Shown in pieces: positions 1-14,179 of a stretch of 64,000 nucleotides of DNA. The DNA lies in NCBI RefSeq assembly GCF_009914755.1, contig NC_060932.1. One strand, 5' to 3'. Within the stretch, counting starts at the first letter, position 1; every line of letters begins with the position of its first letter. The notes beneath the pieces were generated by a model that was not told the origin of the DNA, did not search any database, and was given only the letters and a program-made list of their open reading frames with translations. A program made the translations under genes and the position numbers. This DNA comes from the human T2T-CHM13v2.0 reference genome, Homo sapiens.

Positions 1-190
1 ATAAGTGGGCAACAAATCATATTTTGAGAGGATCAAAGAGTATCCCCTACATCAGTTTGTTTCAAGGTATTTAGATTAAAATCCACTGTAAAAAGTGCAT
101 TTTTATATCACACACAGAGCATACGCAGTGCTCACACACGCACATACACATAACTGAACCAAGGATTTACTTAAAAATACATATCCTTAC

Positions 191-552
191 TGTATTAATT
201 CGTTCTTACACTGCTAACAAAGACATACCTGAGACTGGGTAATTTATAAAGAAAAAGAGGTTTCATGAATTCACAGTTCCACGTGGCTGGGGAGGCCTCA
301 CAATCATGGCGCAAGGCGAAGGAGGAGCAAAGTCATGTCTTATGTGGCGGTAGGTAAGAGTGTGTGCAGGGGAACTGCCCTTTATAAAAACATCAGATCT
401 CATGAGACTTATTCACTCTCACGAGAACAGCATGGGAAAAACCCGCCTCCTGATTCAATTACCTCCTGCTAGGTCCCTCCCATGATGCATAGGAATTATG
501 GGAGCTACAATAAAAGGTGAGATTTGTGTGGGGACACAGCCAAACCATATCA
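191..552 (-). mobile_element. THE1-family (ERVL-MaLR) solo LTR
   Basis: Starts tgtattaattcgttcttacactgct...agacatacctgagactggg and ends gtggggacacagccaaaccatatca, the reverse complement of the THE1 start TGATATGGTTTGGCTGTGTCCCC. Confidence 0.9.
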
Positions 553-562
553 CGAGGATTTA

Positions 563-876
<314 letters not shown>

Positions 877-880
877 CTTA

Positions 881-1200
<320 letters not shown>

Positions 1201-1564
1201 ACTTATTCTTACTGTGTGTTATTGACTGTAGTGCTTCCTGTTTTTATCCATTCCATGTTTCAAAAGAAGTTGATTACAGTGGACTAAATTGATTTCACAT
1301 CTCCATAACAAGTTGCTCTCTATGGATGGAAAAACAACTGGACCAGGCAATTTGAAATCTTTACAGTGACCACTTGTTTTGGCAGCATATATGTGCAGTT
1401 TTGGTGTAACTGTCAAACTTGAATTGTAGCATGATTAAATCAGGTAATTCTGAGTGAGCGTTAAGCAGAGTGGGAAGAAATGGAGGTATGAGTTTGGGTT
1501 TTGGCTTCAGACACTTGGTTTGCATGCACTCTAGTTGAGGGCTAGTTTTGCATCCTGGCGAACA

Positions 1565-1761
1565 GTATAGATTCTGTAGTCAGACGGCCTTTATCTAATT
1601 TCTGGCTCACAGTTAGTTGTGTTCATGAACATGAACAAGCTACTTAACTTCATCAAGCCTCAGTTTCTTCATCTATAAAATGAAAATAATGTTACCCTTT
1701 TTTGACATTGTGAGGTTTTAAGACGTACAGAGTAAGCATTCAATAAATGTTAGCTATTATT
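1565..1761 (+). mobile_element. MIR SINE
   Basis: Core caagctacttaacttc...agcctcagtttcttcatctataaaatg and 3' end caataaatgttagctattatt. Confidence 0.75.
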
Positions 1762-1888
1762 GAAAATCCCATAAAAATGAAACAAGAGTGTTCAAATATC
1801 TACATGTTCACGTGGTCAAATTGACATAGGTGTTGGCTACAGTTGCTGTACATTTGTCATGTGGCTGGCCCTGTGAAAAGCACTCTAT

Positions 1889-2040
1889 ATGCATTTAACC
1901 TTTGCAACATCGGATAATGCATTATTTATCTCATTTTGTAGATGAAGAAATTGAAGCTTAGGGAGCTCAAGTAACAGAGTTGGTAAATGGCAGAGCTGGG
2001 ATTCTGGCTCAGGTATATCTGATTTCAGAGCCCAAGCACC
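1889..2040 (-). mobile_element. MIR SINE
   Basis: Antisense core ctcattttgtagatgaagaaattgaagcttag...ggcagagctgggattc. Confidence 0.75.
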
Positions 2041-2069
2041 TCGTTTATTAGCTGCTTTTGGTTCTACCT

Positions 2070-2350
2070 TCTTCCATAGCCACATGACTCACTCCCTTGC
2101 TTATTTCATGTCTCTGCTTAGTTTTCACTAATTTATCCACTCTGTAGAAAACAGCAGTCCCCTCCCTCATCCCTACACTTCCTGTCTGCCACACCGCTTT
2201 ATTTAGCATTATAACATCTTATATCATATGGCACTTTACAATTACTTGCTTCTTGATCATTTGTCTCTCACTGGAACAAAAGCTCCTTAAGGCCAGGGCC
2301 CTTGTATTATTCACTGGTGTGTCTCCAGCACCCAAAGTGGTATCTGGCAG
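2070..2350 (+). mobile_element. L2 LINE 3' fragment
   Basis: aagctccttaaggccagggcccttgtattattcactggtgtgtctccagcaccca resembles the L2 3' end. Confidence 0.6.
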
Positions 2351-2624
2351 CTTCACAAAACAGGTAAGTGATTTGAGTTCACTCTGTCAAAGAACAACAT
2401 TTGTTTGACTGTAGGAGTAAATTACAATTTGTTTTTATATCATATGTACAGACTGATCTGTGTGGTACAGAGACCAAGCAAATAGTGGTAATCCTTCACA
2501 GAACACATTTTATTCATATATTTTAACAAGGATGATGTACAAATATTTATCAATGCAAATTTTTATCTTTATTACACATATTCAAAAATGTCCCAATGAG
2601 TTCTGCTGCATTTTCTTTACAAAT

Positions 2625-3200
<576 letters not shown>

Positions 3201-3584
3201 ACACACACACACACCGCCATAGTGGTATCTGGGGTATATAACATATACTCTATAAATATTCACATTCAAATAAATACACTAATTAATTGAGATCAGTGAA
3301 ACAAGTCACAGAAAACTTAAGATTAAGACAGCCTCACTTATAATTTCATTGCCTTTAGATTTATTCTGAATGTTTTCATGTGTGTCTCATATTTGTGATG
3401 TTTTGAAGACATTCTATGAGCCATTATTTCCTCTAAGAATTGGGGAACCTGCAGTCCATACATTGGGTCTTGTTCCTCTACTTAATTTCACTTGGTTCAT
3501 TGGAAAAGTACCAAGAAAGTGATGTTGCTGTTTACAATTGTTGCATAGTTGAGAAGATGGAGTAAGGCATCAGAAGCCTTCAGC

Positions 3585-3617
3585 TGCAGTATCCTTACCT
3601 TCCACAAGATGGTGCTC
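3585..3617 (+). promoter_or_regulatory. Candidate CTCF site with upstream (ZF9-11) motif
   Basis: tgcagtatc, a 5-nt spacer, then cttccacaagatggtgct; matches core CCASYAGRKGGCRS plus the TGCAG upstream motif. Confidence 0.5.
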
Positions 3618-4000
3618 CTATTCTATAGAAGTCACTGTATTGCTCAGGTTCTGTGATGCTTGTTTTTCTGGGTTTGACTTTTTAATTTCGTTGTGCTTGT
3701 CTCTGCCTTTTTCTTAGAATTTTTGGTGTTTCTATCTCTTTCTACTTTTCTTTTTTTCTCTTATATTTAAACCTTTACCTGGGCAGTTTATTATATAGAA
3801 CAAAGTAGACATCTTTATTGTTTAACAAAATAAGGTTGAGTTTTATGTTCCTTGATGTTATCTTTAAAATCTAATGAATGCACAATAATGTAGACTATAT
3901 ACTTATTTATCTAAGGAAAATCAAATATGTAAAAGTTGTTTCTGAGGTCAGTTATGTGGCTGTTGACTATTCTTTTCTCTCTCTAGATTAATTTTGTAAG

Positions 4001-4162
4001 TTTTTTTATGGTTTTTAAAAACAGGGTTTTACTGTTGCCCAGGCTGTAGTGCAGTGGCGTGATCATGGCTCACTGTAGCTGCAAACGCTGGGGCTCAAGT
4101 AATCTTCTTGCCTCAGCGTCCCAAAGTGCTGAGATTACAAGTATGAACCATGGTGCCTAGCC
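4001..4162 (-). mobile_element. Alu monomer (FRAM or recombined AluJ)
   Basis: Single-arm Alu-like sequence, flanked by attttgtaag on both sides. Confidence 0.85.
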
Positions 4163-4188
4163 CTATTTTGTAAGATTTTTAGAGTTGT

Positions 4189-4448
4189 GGCTGGGCGCAG
4201 TGGCTCACGCCTATAATCCCAGCATTTTGGGAGGCTGAGGTGGGCAGATCACCTGAGGTCAGGAGTTCAAGACCAGCCTGGCCAAGATGGTGAAAACCCA
4301 TCTCTACTAAAAATACAAAAATTAGCTGGGCATGGTGGTGGGCGCCTGTAATCCCAGCTACTCAGGGGGCTGAGGCAAGGAATTGCTTGATTCCAGCCTG
4401 GGAGGCAGAGCAAGACTCCGTCTCAACGAAAAACGAAACAAAACAAAA
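4189..4448 (+). mobile_element. AluS with an internal deletion in the right arm
   Basis: Right arm jumps from attgcttga to ttccagcctggg; flanks agagttgt / agacttgt. Confidence 0.9.
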
Positions 4449-6027
4449 GACTTGTGAGGCTTGGAGGTATTGAATTGTTTTTGAGGTCATTCATGTGGCT
4501 AATGACTATTTTTCCCTCTTTTAAGGTTAATTTTGTAAGACTTACAGAAGTTTTAAAGCTTGGAGATATGAAGTGATTTGTCACAAATAGTACAGGTTGC
4601 TGGAAGAACCAGGAATTAAATTTACATCAGTTTGCTTTAAGTCTACCTCACGTTTACTCTGCCTTGCTGACATCCTGCTCCTTGATTCTCTGAATCAATC
4701 CTACTATTCAAGAAAAAAAGTTTAAAAAGTAGGTTAGTTTAAAAGGCAGAAGTAGATGATTTCTGACAACTGACAACAGAACAAGTAAATACGGGTGTGC
4801 TGATGTGGTAGGCCACACGTTTGGTATTGTAAGGTCCATCTTTTTTTTTTTTTTTTTTTTCTTTTTCAGCATCCCTTCCTTTTGGGAAATGCTTCTTAAC
4901 CCTCTACTTGATTACAATAGAACCAGTAGGAACTTCAATCCTGTGGCTTTGTCTTCAATTCATGAATGTGTGCATGACTCAGACTGACCAAGTAGAGAAA
5001 CTCCTCCTTGCAGGAAGGGATTGGCTTAAGGAGGGCACGGAGCTTGCATGGAGAGCCTCATACAGTGCTTTGTGTGGCTCAGGGAGCAGTGGGGGCAGAG
5101 GTCAATATTAATATTGGTATTAATATTGGCTGTTGGGACTATGAACTCTCAGTACCATGTGTAACCATTTTCTTGCTAGTATTAATTGGGTGCACAGAAA
5201 AAATGATAACATCATTTTTTTGCTACCTGCTGCCCTCTCTGATCCACTGACTCTCACTTTCCTGTCCTGTGATAATCTCTTAGGAAAATCCTATGACTAC
5301 CAAGTCACTTTCAACATCAAAAATGTCTCATTTCAGGTATTGAAAAATCTAGTGTGGTCCAAGTCAAAACTTTGATCTCAGATCCTCATTAGAGTTTCTT
5401 CCCTCCACCAAGGTCAGGTCTGAGCTGTAGTTCACGATCATGTGACCATGAAGAGGTGGGCCCTCCCATCTCACTGTACTGCTTACCAGTTTTCCTTCAT
5501 TTTCTTCCAGGGTATGGCCCAAGGAGAAGAGGATGAGGGGGGAGGAGAGGGAGGGTGTCACCTATTTGGTGCTGTCTCAATCTGACTTCAGTATTTTCTG
5601 TCGTGGCAGGTGTTCAAGTGTAGGTTTTAGGGAGTAGAGGGGCACTCGTGGGTTTATCAGAGACCCCCCCCCCGCCAACAAGGGTGTTCACCTGGCTGTC
5701 ATTCAAGTGTGTTCCTCCTCCTTGCCTTTGTTCTTTTGGTTCCAGTACCTCTCTCAGGACTTTCCAAGGGGCTAATAATTTCTGAATAGCTTTAATTAAA
5801 ATAAAATTTATACTTCTGGGTTAAAGATTCTCCTCACCATTTTCAAATTTCTACCCCACTTAATGCTATTTGACAGAATTTAAAATCACTCTTCTGTTGA
5901 AATATGTAGAAGAGGTAGGTTTTAGGGAATGCTGTAATTTTTTTGAGTTGCCGTATGTGACACAACTGATTAGATCATGATGTTATTTTATAGCTGATGG
6001 TACAAAACATGAACTCTGTTATTTTTT

Positions 6028-6029
<2 letters not shown>

Positions 6030-6061
<32 letters not shown>
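6030..6061 (+). repeat. (TG)n microsatellite
   Basis: Uninterrupted gt run. Confidence 0.95.
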
Positions 6062-6062
<1 letters not shown>

Positions 6063-6481
6063 GTCCTATCAGTTCAGACTCAGAGAACCTTGACATCAAA
6101 GTAGGTGGTTTTTATCCCATGTACAGCCATTATAATCCTTTTATAGCATGATTTAATTGCATGGAATACTTTAAATGGTGGGTGAAATCACTGTTATGAT
6201 TTTCATTATTATACAGAAAGTCTGTCAAGGAGTAGTTCTCCTATAGCAGATGATGTGCGTCCTGTTTCTAGTGCTGGAGTCATAAAAGACCCTCTAGTCC
6301 AACTGTTCGCCTTATGTTCAAATTTCATTTCTGGGCTTAAATATTATTTTTCTTAAAGTGGACCCACATTAAAATAACAAAACGGGTTAAGCAGGATAAT
6401 CCAATAACCAGGTTGTTACCTGAAATTAAAAGTCTGGCAATTTTTTCCACTAAGATAACTGATTATTGGGCAGGCTATTTT

Positions 6482-6500
6482 TGAGTCACTGTGACTCAGC
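6482..6500. promoter_or_regulatory. Paired AP-1 sites with ARE/MARE-like extension; candidate enhancer core
   Basis: TGAGTCA (6482-6488) and TGACTCAGC (6492-6500) form the palindrome tgagtcac-t-gtgactca in non-repeat sequence. Confidence 0.45.
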
Positions 6501-7239
6501 CTGACTGACTCTTTTTACTCCTGGACTCTGTTGACTGCCCTCCTAATGGATGCCAGTGACTTGCCTTTGGCATGTCACCTGCGCCAGCATGAGCTGCCAT
6601 TCAAATGGTTCTGTGCTCTGACAAGCTGCACTCCGTGAATTGCCAGCTGGATAATTCACAAGGTGCTGCCGTGTGCGAGCCAATACCAGCACCTGGAGGC
6701 CTTTATAGATGCTGCCACTAAATGCATGAAGAAATCTCAAGTAAAAGTTTCACTTTTTTTATTTTAATGCATGTATATAAACCTGCAACATTAACTACCT
6801 CTTTGGTTTGAAACTGCAGATGTAACCAATATTTCTTTGCCTAAATTATGCCCTATATGCTTTGGGGGAAGGGAGACCCAGTCATTAAAGATAAAACATC
6901 AAGTCATATAAAATGTCATGTAACAGTAAACTGCAGGCTTCACTGCAATTGCTTGGAACATGGGATGTTATGCCTTCCTAATTGTGTTAAACCCAGAGGC
7001 TTGGCGTGAGTGTATCAGGAATCAGGGGTGCAATATCCATGATTATAACTTGAAGATGGGACAAATCCTGACTTGGAAACTATTCAGCAATCTGGTTGGT
7101 TCCATTCAGTTCAAAGCAATTCAATTCAGTTCAGTTCAATTCACCTTATTCATTTTCATAAATGTTTCGGACACACCGTATGTACTGGGCACTGAGAGGA
7201 TATGGGGCAAAAAAAGTTGAAACCTGCCTCTGCTAATGC

Positions 7240-7720
7240 AGTGCTGGTGCTCTGAATCTACTCCTCTCCATTCGTCTCCACCCTGCTCTGCACACTGGAA
7301 GCCTGGTTTATGTGGACCCATCACTGTGTTCTTTTGCTGTTGAATTTGGTTTGGTTCAGGCCATGGAAGCCACTAATAGGAGATGCCAGTGGGTAAGAGA
7401 GAGAACTTGGAGTATTTATTCCCCAACTCCCTCCTGAGCTGCAGGCTTATGTCTGGTTTGCATCTGGCCAGTTATCCTTCTCCATCCAGTTCTGTCTCTG
7501 GGTAGATCCTGACTACCCACGGCTCCCTTCTCTTCCCCTTTACACCCAAGGTGTGGTGAGTGCTCCCTGGTGTCCCTGTCCCCAGGATGCTGCCCCGGCC
7601 TTGTTGCCTTCCATAAGCTCTGCTCACTCTTTTGAAAATACTCTTTTTTTAGTGTAATTCTTTCAGATTATTCAGTTTGCCTGTACCCATCAGTGCCTTG
7701 CAGAGGAGCCCAAGAGATAC
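7240..7720. mobile_element. LTR33-like ERVL LTR
   Basis: ctccaccctgctctg...ggaagccactaataggagat...ggagtatttattcccc resembles LTR33; orientation not assigned. Confidence 0.55.
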
Positions 7721-7739
7721 CCAGAAGTAAGCTTCCATC

Positions 7740-8440
7740 TGAATTAATTCATTTATAGTTAAGTGCTTATTATGGGTCAAGTGACTATGTGCTAGGTCCT
7801 GGGGGTATAAACCTCTAACTATGAAAGATACAATCCAGCTTTCAGTGAAAGCATTGCCTATTAGAGTGCACGGAAATTAATGATTGCAAAATAGCAGTGA
7901 GTGCAGGGCAGCTGATGTTACGGGACATGACAGCTTGCCTTGTGTTCGGATGGGGGCCCTGTAAGTGTAGCTTGAATCGAAATAGAAAGCAGGATGGGGG
8001 CATGAATTAGGTAAGGATATGACCATGCTGGGGTGGTGGGGAGTGCGGTGGGAAGAAGGAAGCACCTCCGTGGAGACCTTAGGGTAAGCAGGAGTGAGGC
8101 CCTTTGGAGGGGAGTGAACATTCAGTCTGTCCAGAACTGGAGAGGATGCAACAGGGAGAAGGAGGTAGAGGGTGAGGTGAAGAGAGGCCAGTTGCCAATC
8201 TTGTATCCCCTGTGTGTAGGTTTGGAGCTTATCTTAAGGATATGGGAAATCAGTGACCACAGGTCTTTAATTGGATGTGTGTTTTAGGAGTCTGCTGGCT
8301 TGCAGAGTTGAGATTGATTGGGGTTGGGGGATTAGGAGGCAGGGAGCTAAGAGGCTCTTTGAGTAATCCAGGCAGAAGATAATGTTGGCCAGAGCTCACA
8401 GTGACAGGAATTAAGAGAAGCAGATGTGTCAAGAGGGATT
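7740..8440 (-). mobile_element. L2 LINE fragment
   Basis: Antisense L2 pattern attcattta...tgtgctaggtcctgggg...gtaatccaggcagaagataatg. Confidence 0.65.
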
Positions 8441-8487
8441 CAGTTGCTTTCTCTTTATTCTCTCTTTCTTAGCTACCCACATGAGGT

Positions 8488-8873
8488 TGTTAAATCAAGT
8501 TTAGTCTAAAGCTGCCTCCTTTCATATTTTAAGCTCAGCCTAAAAGTTTCTCTGTACATAGTGAACTATAACTTAATGGAGTTGTAAACAGATTGTAACC
8601 TACTCTTGTGCCAATCACCGAGTTTTGGCCAACGGGGGTCAGTTGTTCAAACAGCATTCAAATAAAGTAAATGCGGAGCTGTAGCCAACTGGCGGTTTCT
8701 GTACCTCACTTCCATTTTCTGTAGGCCTCTTTGTCTATAAATCTTCTTCCACCATGTGGCTGTGCTGGAGTCTCTCTGTGCCTACTCTGGCTTGAGAGGC
8801 TGCCCCATTGAAAACTCGTTTTTTGCTCAGTTAAACTCTGTTAAATTTAATCTGCGTATGGTTTTTCTTTTAA
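8488..8873 (+). mobile_element. MER57-family (ERV1) solo LTR
   Basis: Starts tgttaaatcaagtttagtctaaagctgcctcc, contains a CCAAT box and ctataaat, ends ttttcttttaa. Confidence 0.85.
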
Positions 8874-9078
8874 GGTGGTCAGCTCCAGAGGTCTTTTTCT
8901 GAGCGACGTAGTTGCTTGGGTAGAAATCCCAGCAGCAAAAGGCTCCGAGGGAACATCAGAGTGGTGGGAGAGAGGCAGGGATGTGGGGGAGATGGATGCA
9001 CCGCTGAGTCCTGCAAACAGGAGCCCTGGGAAGGAGTCTGCAGGGCCCGCTGAGCCTCTGGAGCACCACGCAGGGCAC

Positions 9079-9097
9079 CACTGCCCCCTAGTGTTCC
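9079..9097 (-). promoter_or_regulatory. Candidate CTCF site
   Basis: Minus strand reads ggaacactagggggcagtg, close to the CTCF core CCACTAGGGGGCAG. Confidence 0.5.
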
Positions 9098-10091
9098 CAG
9101 GGAAAAAGGACCTAACAACCAGGTGAGGCAGGGAACCCCAAGTCTTGGTGCTTCCTTCTGCTCTCCTCTTTTTAGCCCCCAGGGTGGAAGCGCTAGATCC
9201 AGAAAGGAGGGAGCAGAGAGTGCTCGAAGCCCACAATGCTCTGTTCCCACCCAAGCTTTAGAAAGACAAAGCGTAGACCACACCCCGCTCCCTACTTTAG
9301 GTTCCAAGCTAGGAGGCTGCTAGGTGCTGAAACAGGAGGTTGAATCAGGGGAGAAAGACTGCTTTAAAACAAAAGGACTGTGTTTTTAAATAACTGAAGG
9401 TGTTCAGGAATCCTGGAATATGCCTAAGGTGTCAATATGGAGGGGAAAAGGAAATTTGACAGAGGAGAATGAGAATAAAATGATTTCTTGTTTATATCAC
9501 AATGAGTTTAAACTTCTCAGCACGCACACGTGCTTAAATGTATATAAACTTAAATTCACACAAATGTTAAAAAACCTTATATATGTATGTATATATTTAT
9601 ATATGTGTATACACACAATTTTATGCTTATACATTTATATTTTTACTTATAAAAACATGTATGTATGTACACACACATACTTTCCTGTATACATTTATTG
9701 TGAAAATTTGGAAAGTATATATAAAAGAAGGTGAAAATTATCTTGTCACTCAATAACTTCATTGCATTGTATTGCATAAAACAAATGCCTTTTGAAAAGT
9801 CTTCCCCGTTGAGACGAGTTGTACGGACATTGTTTAAGACATTTGATAGATAATATGAAAGTGTTTTCTGTAGAACTTGTGCCAATTTAGTGTTTCTGAC
9901 ACCCTTCACAGCATCTGGCATTATAATAGTGTTGACATGACTAATACAAACTTTTGTCAATATGGTAAGTAAAAAATAGAAGCCTATAATTTATTTGCTT
10001 TGTGTTTCTTTTATTAGTGAATCTAAATTTATCATTAGATGTATTCTGCTCATGCATATGACTTTTTCTGTAATTTGAGTGGTCATGACTA

Positions 10092-10735
<644 letters not shown>

Positions 10736-11149
10736 TTAGAAAAAAACATTTATATACTAAAAATATTCATGTTGTGTAATGTACTCTGAAAATATTTTTC
10801 CTGTTTGTCTTTGAATTCAATTTATGTTACTTTTTATGCTACAGATGTTTTCAACTGATATGCAGTCAAATATATCAACAATTTTCGTTAAGATGCTTAC
10901 TTGTTTTTCTGCTTAGAATGGCTTTCCTTACCCTGAGATCAGAAAAATTTTGCCTATATTTTATTCTATATTTGCTTTGTTTCATTTTTAAACATGAAAC
11001 ACTTCAAGTTATGCTGAATTAATTTTGATTTAGGTTTCGTGGTAGGAATCTACTCCCCTGTCTCTCACCCTGGTATTACATCGATGATTAAGGAACATTT
11101 ATGGAATAATTTATTCTGCCTTAAATGCATTAAGAGTTTGTTTTCATAG

Positions 11150-11380
11150 AGAGTCAACATGATGTAGGGTGAAGATCACAGACTTTACAGTCAAAACTGC
11201 CTGGGCTTCATTGCTTTACTTTGTTATTTACTAGCTGAGGACCAAGGCAATTCACTTAAAATCCCCAGTTACCTTGTAATGTAACATAGGCCTAATAATA
11301 TCTTAGCAGGTTTTAAAGAGGATTAAATGAGATAAGTAACCTGTAATACTTTGGTAGTATGTGTTAAAAGATTTAGTTTC
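11150..11380 (+). mobile_element. MIR SINE
   Basis: agactttacagtcaaaactgcctggg...tttactagctg...gaggattaaatgagataa. Confidence 0.6.
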
Positions 11381-11570
11381 ATTATTTTGTGTTCTGTTTA
11401 CTTGAACACATTCTGAATTGGGAGCCAGAAAATATGAGGATTTCTTTATAACCCCACTATTTTTTGAGCAATCCACTTCACTTTTTTTATTTCAGTTAAT
11501 AATTTCTATAAAGTATAAGCAATAGTTACAAAAGAACAGTCAGTTTTTATTGTCTCAAATGAGATTGTTT

Positions 11571-11687
11571 CTCTCTCTGTATTATATATATATAATACAT
11601 ATATAGTCTCTATGTGTGTATATGTAGAAACATACACATACACATATATATACACACATATACATACACACATGCACACACACACAC

Positions 11688-11724
<37 letters not shown>

Positions 11725-11730
11725 CAGAGA
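11571..11730. repeat. Compound (TA)/(CA)/(GA) microsatellite
   Basis: Adjacent dinucleotide runs. Confidence 0.9.
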
Positions 11731-11869
11731 AAGGATTTTAAAGACTGTAAACAATTCTAAAATACGTTTATTAAGATTTCCTTGAAGAATTGGAAACATA
11801 GTCCATCTTTAGAGGCCAGATTCTTAGTTACATCTTCGAGTTGGCTTTATTAAACTGAGAAAAATTGAA

Positions 11870-12350
11870 GTTATGATGCAGCTGCTTGGTTTCAAGTAAC
11901 AGAAACTGAGTCTGCTTAACTTATGCAGAGAGGGAGTTTGGAAGGATGTGGAGTTGCTCATGGAATAGGAAGGAGGAATGACAGCAAGGGACTACACCAG
12001 CTGTCTGTGTGTGGTTGGGGGCAGTGGGAGCCCGGTAAGTGGATTCTTTATATTCAGAACTGAAAAAAAACCCTTGTCCTAAACACTCCCCCAACCCCAA
12101 GAAAAAAAAATCTGTGTTCAATTTTTGTTTTGAATCATTCTGAAGATGAAAACTTTGTGGAAGAGAACGTATGTGGCCCCAGCTTATGTCGTGTGCTCAC
12201 CTTTGGCTAGAGGTGGGTATGGTGATTTAATGACACTTGCAAGACTATGTTTAGAAAGGGTAGAAGGAATTCCCCAAAAGGAAATTAAGGTGATATTCAA
12301 TATTTAGATGGATGTGATAGCAGGTGGCAACATACAACAAATGTCACAGT
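11870..12350 (-). mobile_element. Old MLT1 (MaLR) LTR
   Basis: ttggtttcaagtaacagaaact...cttaactta matches the antisense 3' end of MLT1K/L-type LTRs. Confidence 0.5.
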
Positions 12351-14179
12351 GCAGTGTCAGGCCTGTTTTCCTGCACTAGCTTTATGGAAGCCTGAGTGAA
12401 AGAAGCAATCAGGAGAGAATTTCTAGGATAGAAGCCGAGTAACTCTTAACTTGGCTTGTCTAGACAGCTTCACTTCTAGGATGGTAGCCCCGCGTTAGTT
12501 GCCCTTGCTGGGCTCATAATGGTGATCTACCTTTTCAAGACATATGAGGACGGGGAGAGGGTCCGTGATGCTGCCGCTACAGGGGCCCTGGAGGTCTGAG
12601 CTTAGGGAATATTCAGTGTCTGATATACTGTAGCCCAGAACCTTAACCGCAAGCAAGTGCCACATTCTTCAGAGACAATAAATGGCAGAGGACGAACACA
12701 ACTAACTGCTCTCTTAGTCCTAAGACTCAAGACTTTTCTGTTTTGGCATAAAATTAAATCTCCTGAAGTCTGTTTCTTAAGAAAAGAAAGGAAATGGAAA
12801 CATGAATTCATAAGGCTGCACCTTTCTCTCTCTGCAAATTCCCGAGGGAAGGTGATCCATTAGAAACAGAGGCAGACATGCCAAAAGCAATAAAGGGGCA
12901 GGCTCTCTGGGCTAAGCAGCTGTAGTTAAAGGCTTTCCCTGAGAATCTTGCTCATTCATTAATTCTGGGTTTGGAAGTGGGCCAAGCTGTGTGGTTTCCC
13001 CACAGCAAGGGGCAAGATCCTAATGATTAAATGTTCTTTGTTGCCTTGCATTTCACTTTTTCTCAGTAATGCACTTTGAAGAATGGAAAATTGAGTTTTC
13101 AATACTTTGTTGTTTGCTGAAGCCAAAGCTAGAAGTAATTGAAGCCAGTTGAAAGCAGAAGGGAATGGCCAAGGTAAAACGTACAGTGTGGAGGAGGCCA
13201 AGGATTAAAGTTTGGTGCCTCAGTGGATCACGCTGTCTTCTTCTGTGCCATTTCTCATCTTTATTGTGCTGAAAATCTTAGTTGCAATTTGTTTTTGGAA
13301 AATCAGGTTATCGTTTGGAAATTACATGCCTTTCCACATTCTCTTTGGATTAACAATACTTCAGTGTAAGTAAAAGACATAGGACCAGAGTAGTAAGAAA
13401 TGGTTTCTTAGTGGGCTGTAAAGTGTTACCATTCTTTGCTTGAAAATCTCAGGCTGCATCTAAGCAACTAGAGGCTCCTTTTTGACTTTATTTGGCTATT
13501 TGGCCAGAACCTTGTTTAAATAAATTAACATCCCTATTGAATCTTTATGAGCACATTTGAGTTATCTTGAAGAAATGTTTTTGTTTGGTAATGCCGAAAA
13601 TTGATTAATTATTTAAGTAGATTTAATACCTGGACTAGTTCTTGTTACAGTGTAGGTGATCTATACATATTAATTAAATGAAAGAATCAATTAGGTTACT
13701 TTCTTCAACCCATAAACACGGAGGAAAAATTCATTGAAACAATGGTATGGCTGACTAAGTAATTAAAATCTTTTAGTCTGGCGACCGTTTATAAACACAG
13801 TTCTAGTCTTCAACTGTTTGTTGTGGATGAAAGAGAATGTATTTGTGGGTGGGAAACTACTGCTCTTTTAGGTTGAAGAGCCAGGCTGCGTAAGGTCTAG
13901 TTCCTACACCAATATCTATTTGCAGCAAAAAAGTTGGCTACTTTTAACTTCTTTAGGCTTATTTTGGCACTTGATTCAGCTTGATTTAGGGCCAGAAGGA
14001 GAGTGAGACTGTGACAGTGGCAGGAAATTTCAGTGGAAAAGTTTGGCTTCTACATTTTGTTCTTTATTCAATAGCTACTTTTTAAATGTTGATAACATGC
14101 AAAGCAATATGGAAGCTGTTAGGCATCCCAGCCAAGAACTTATAGTAGATACAATTACCATTACATATATTCCTTGAAA

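Noticed and set aside
8847-9323. Four overlapping ORFs of 66-142 aa on both strands
   Set aside because: Explained by locally high GC and fewer stop codons; no recognisable domain or convincing splice structure.
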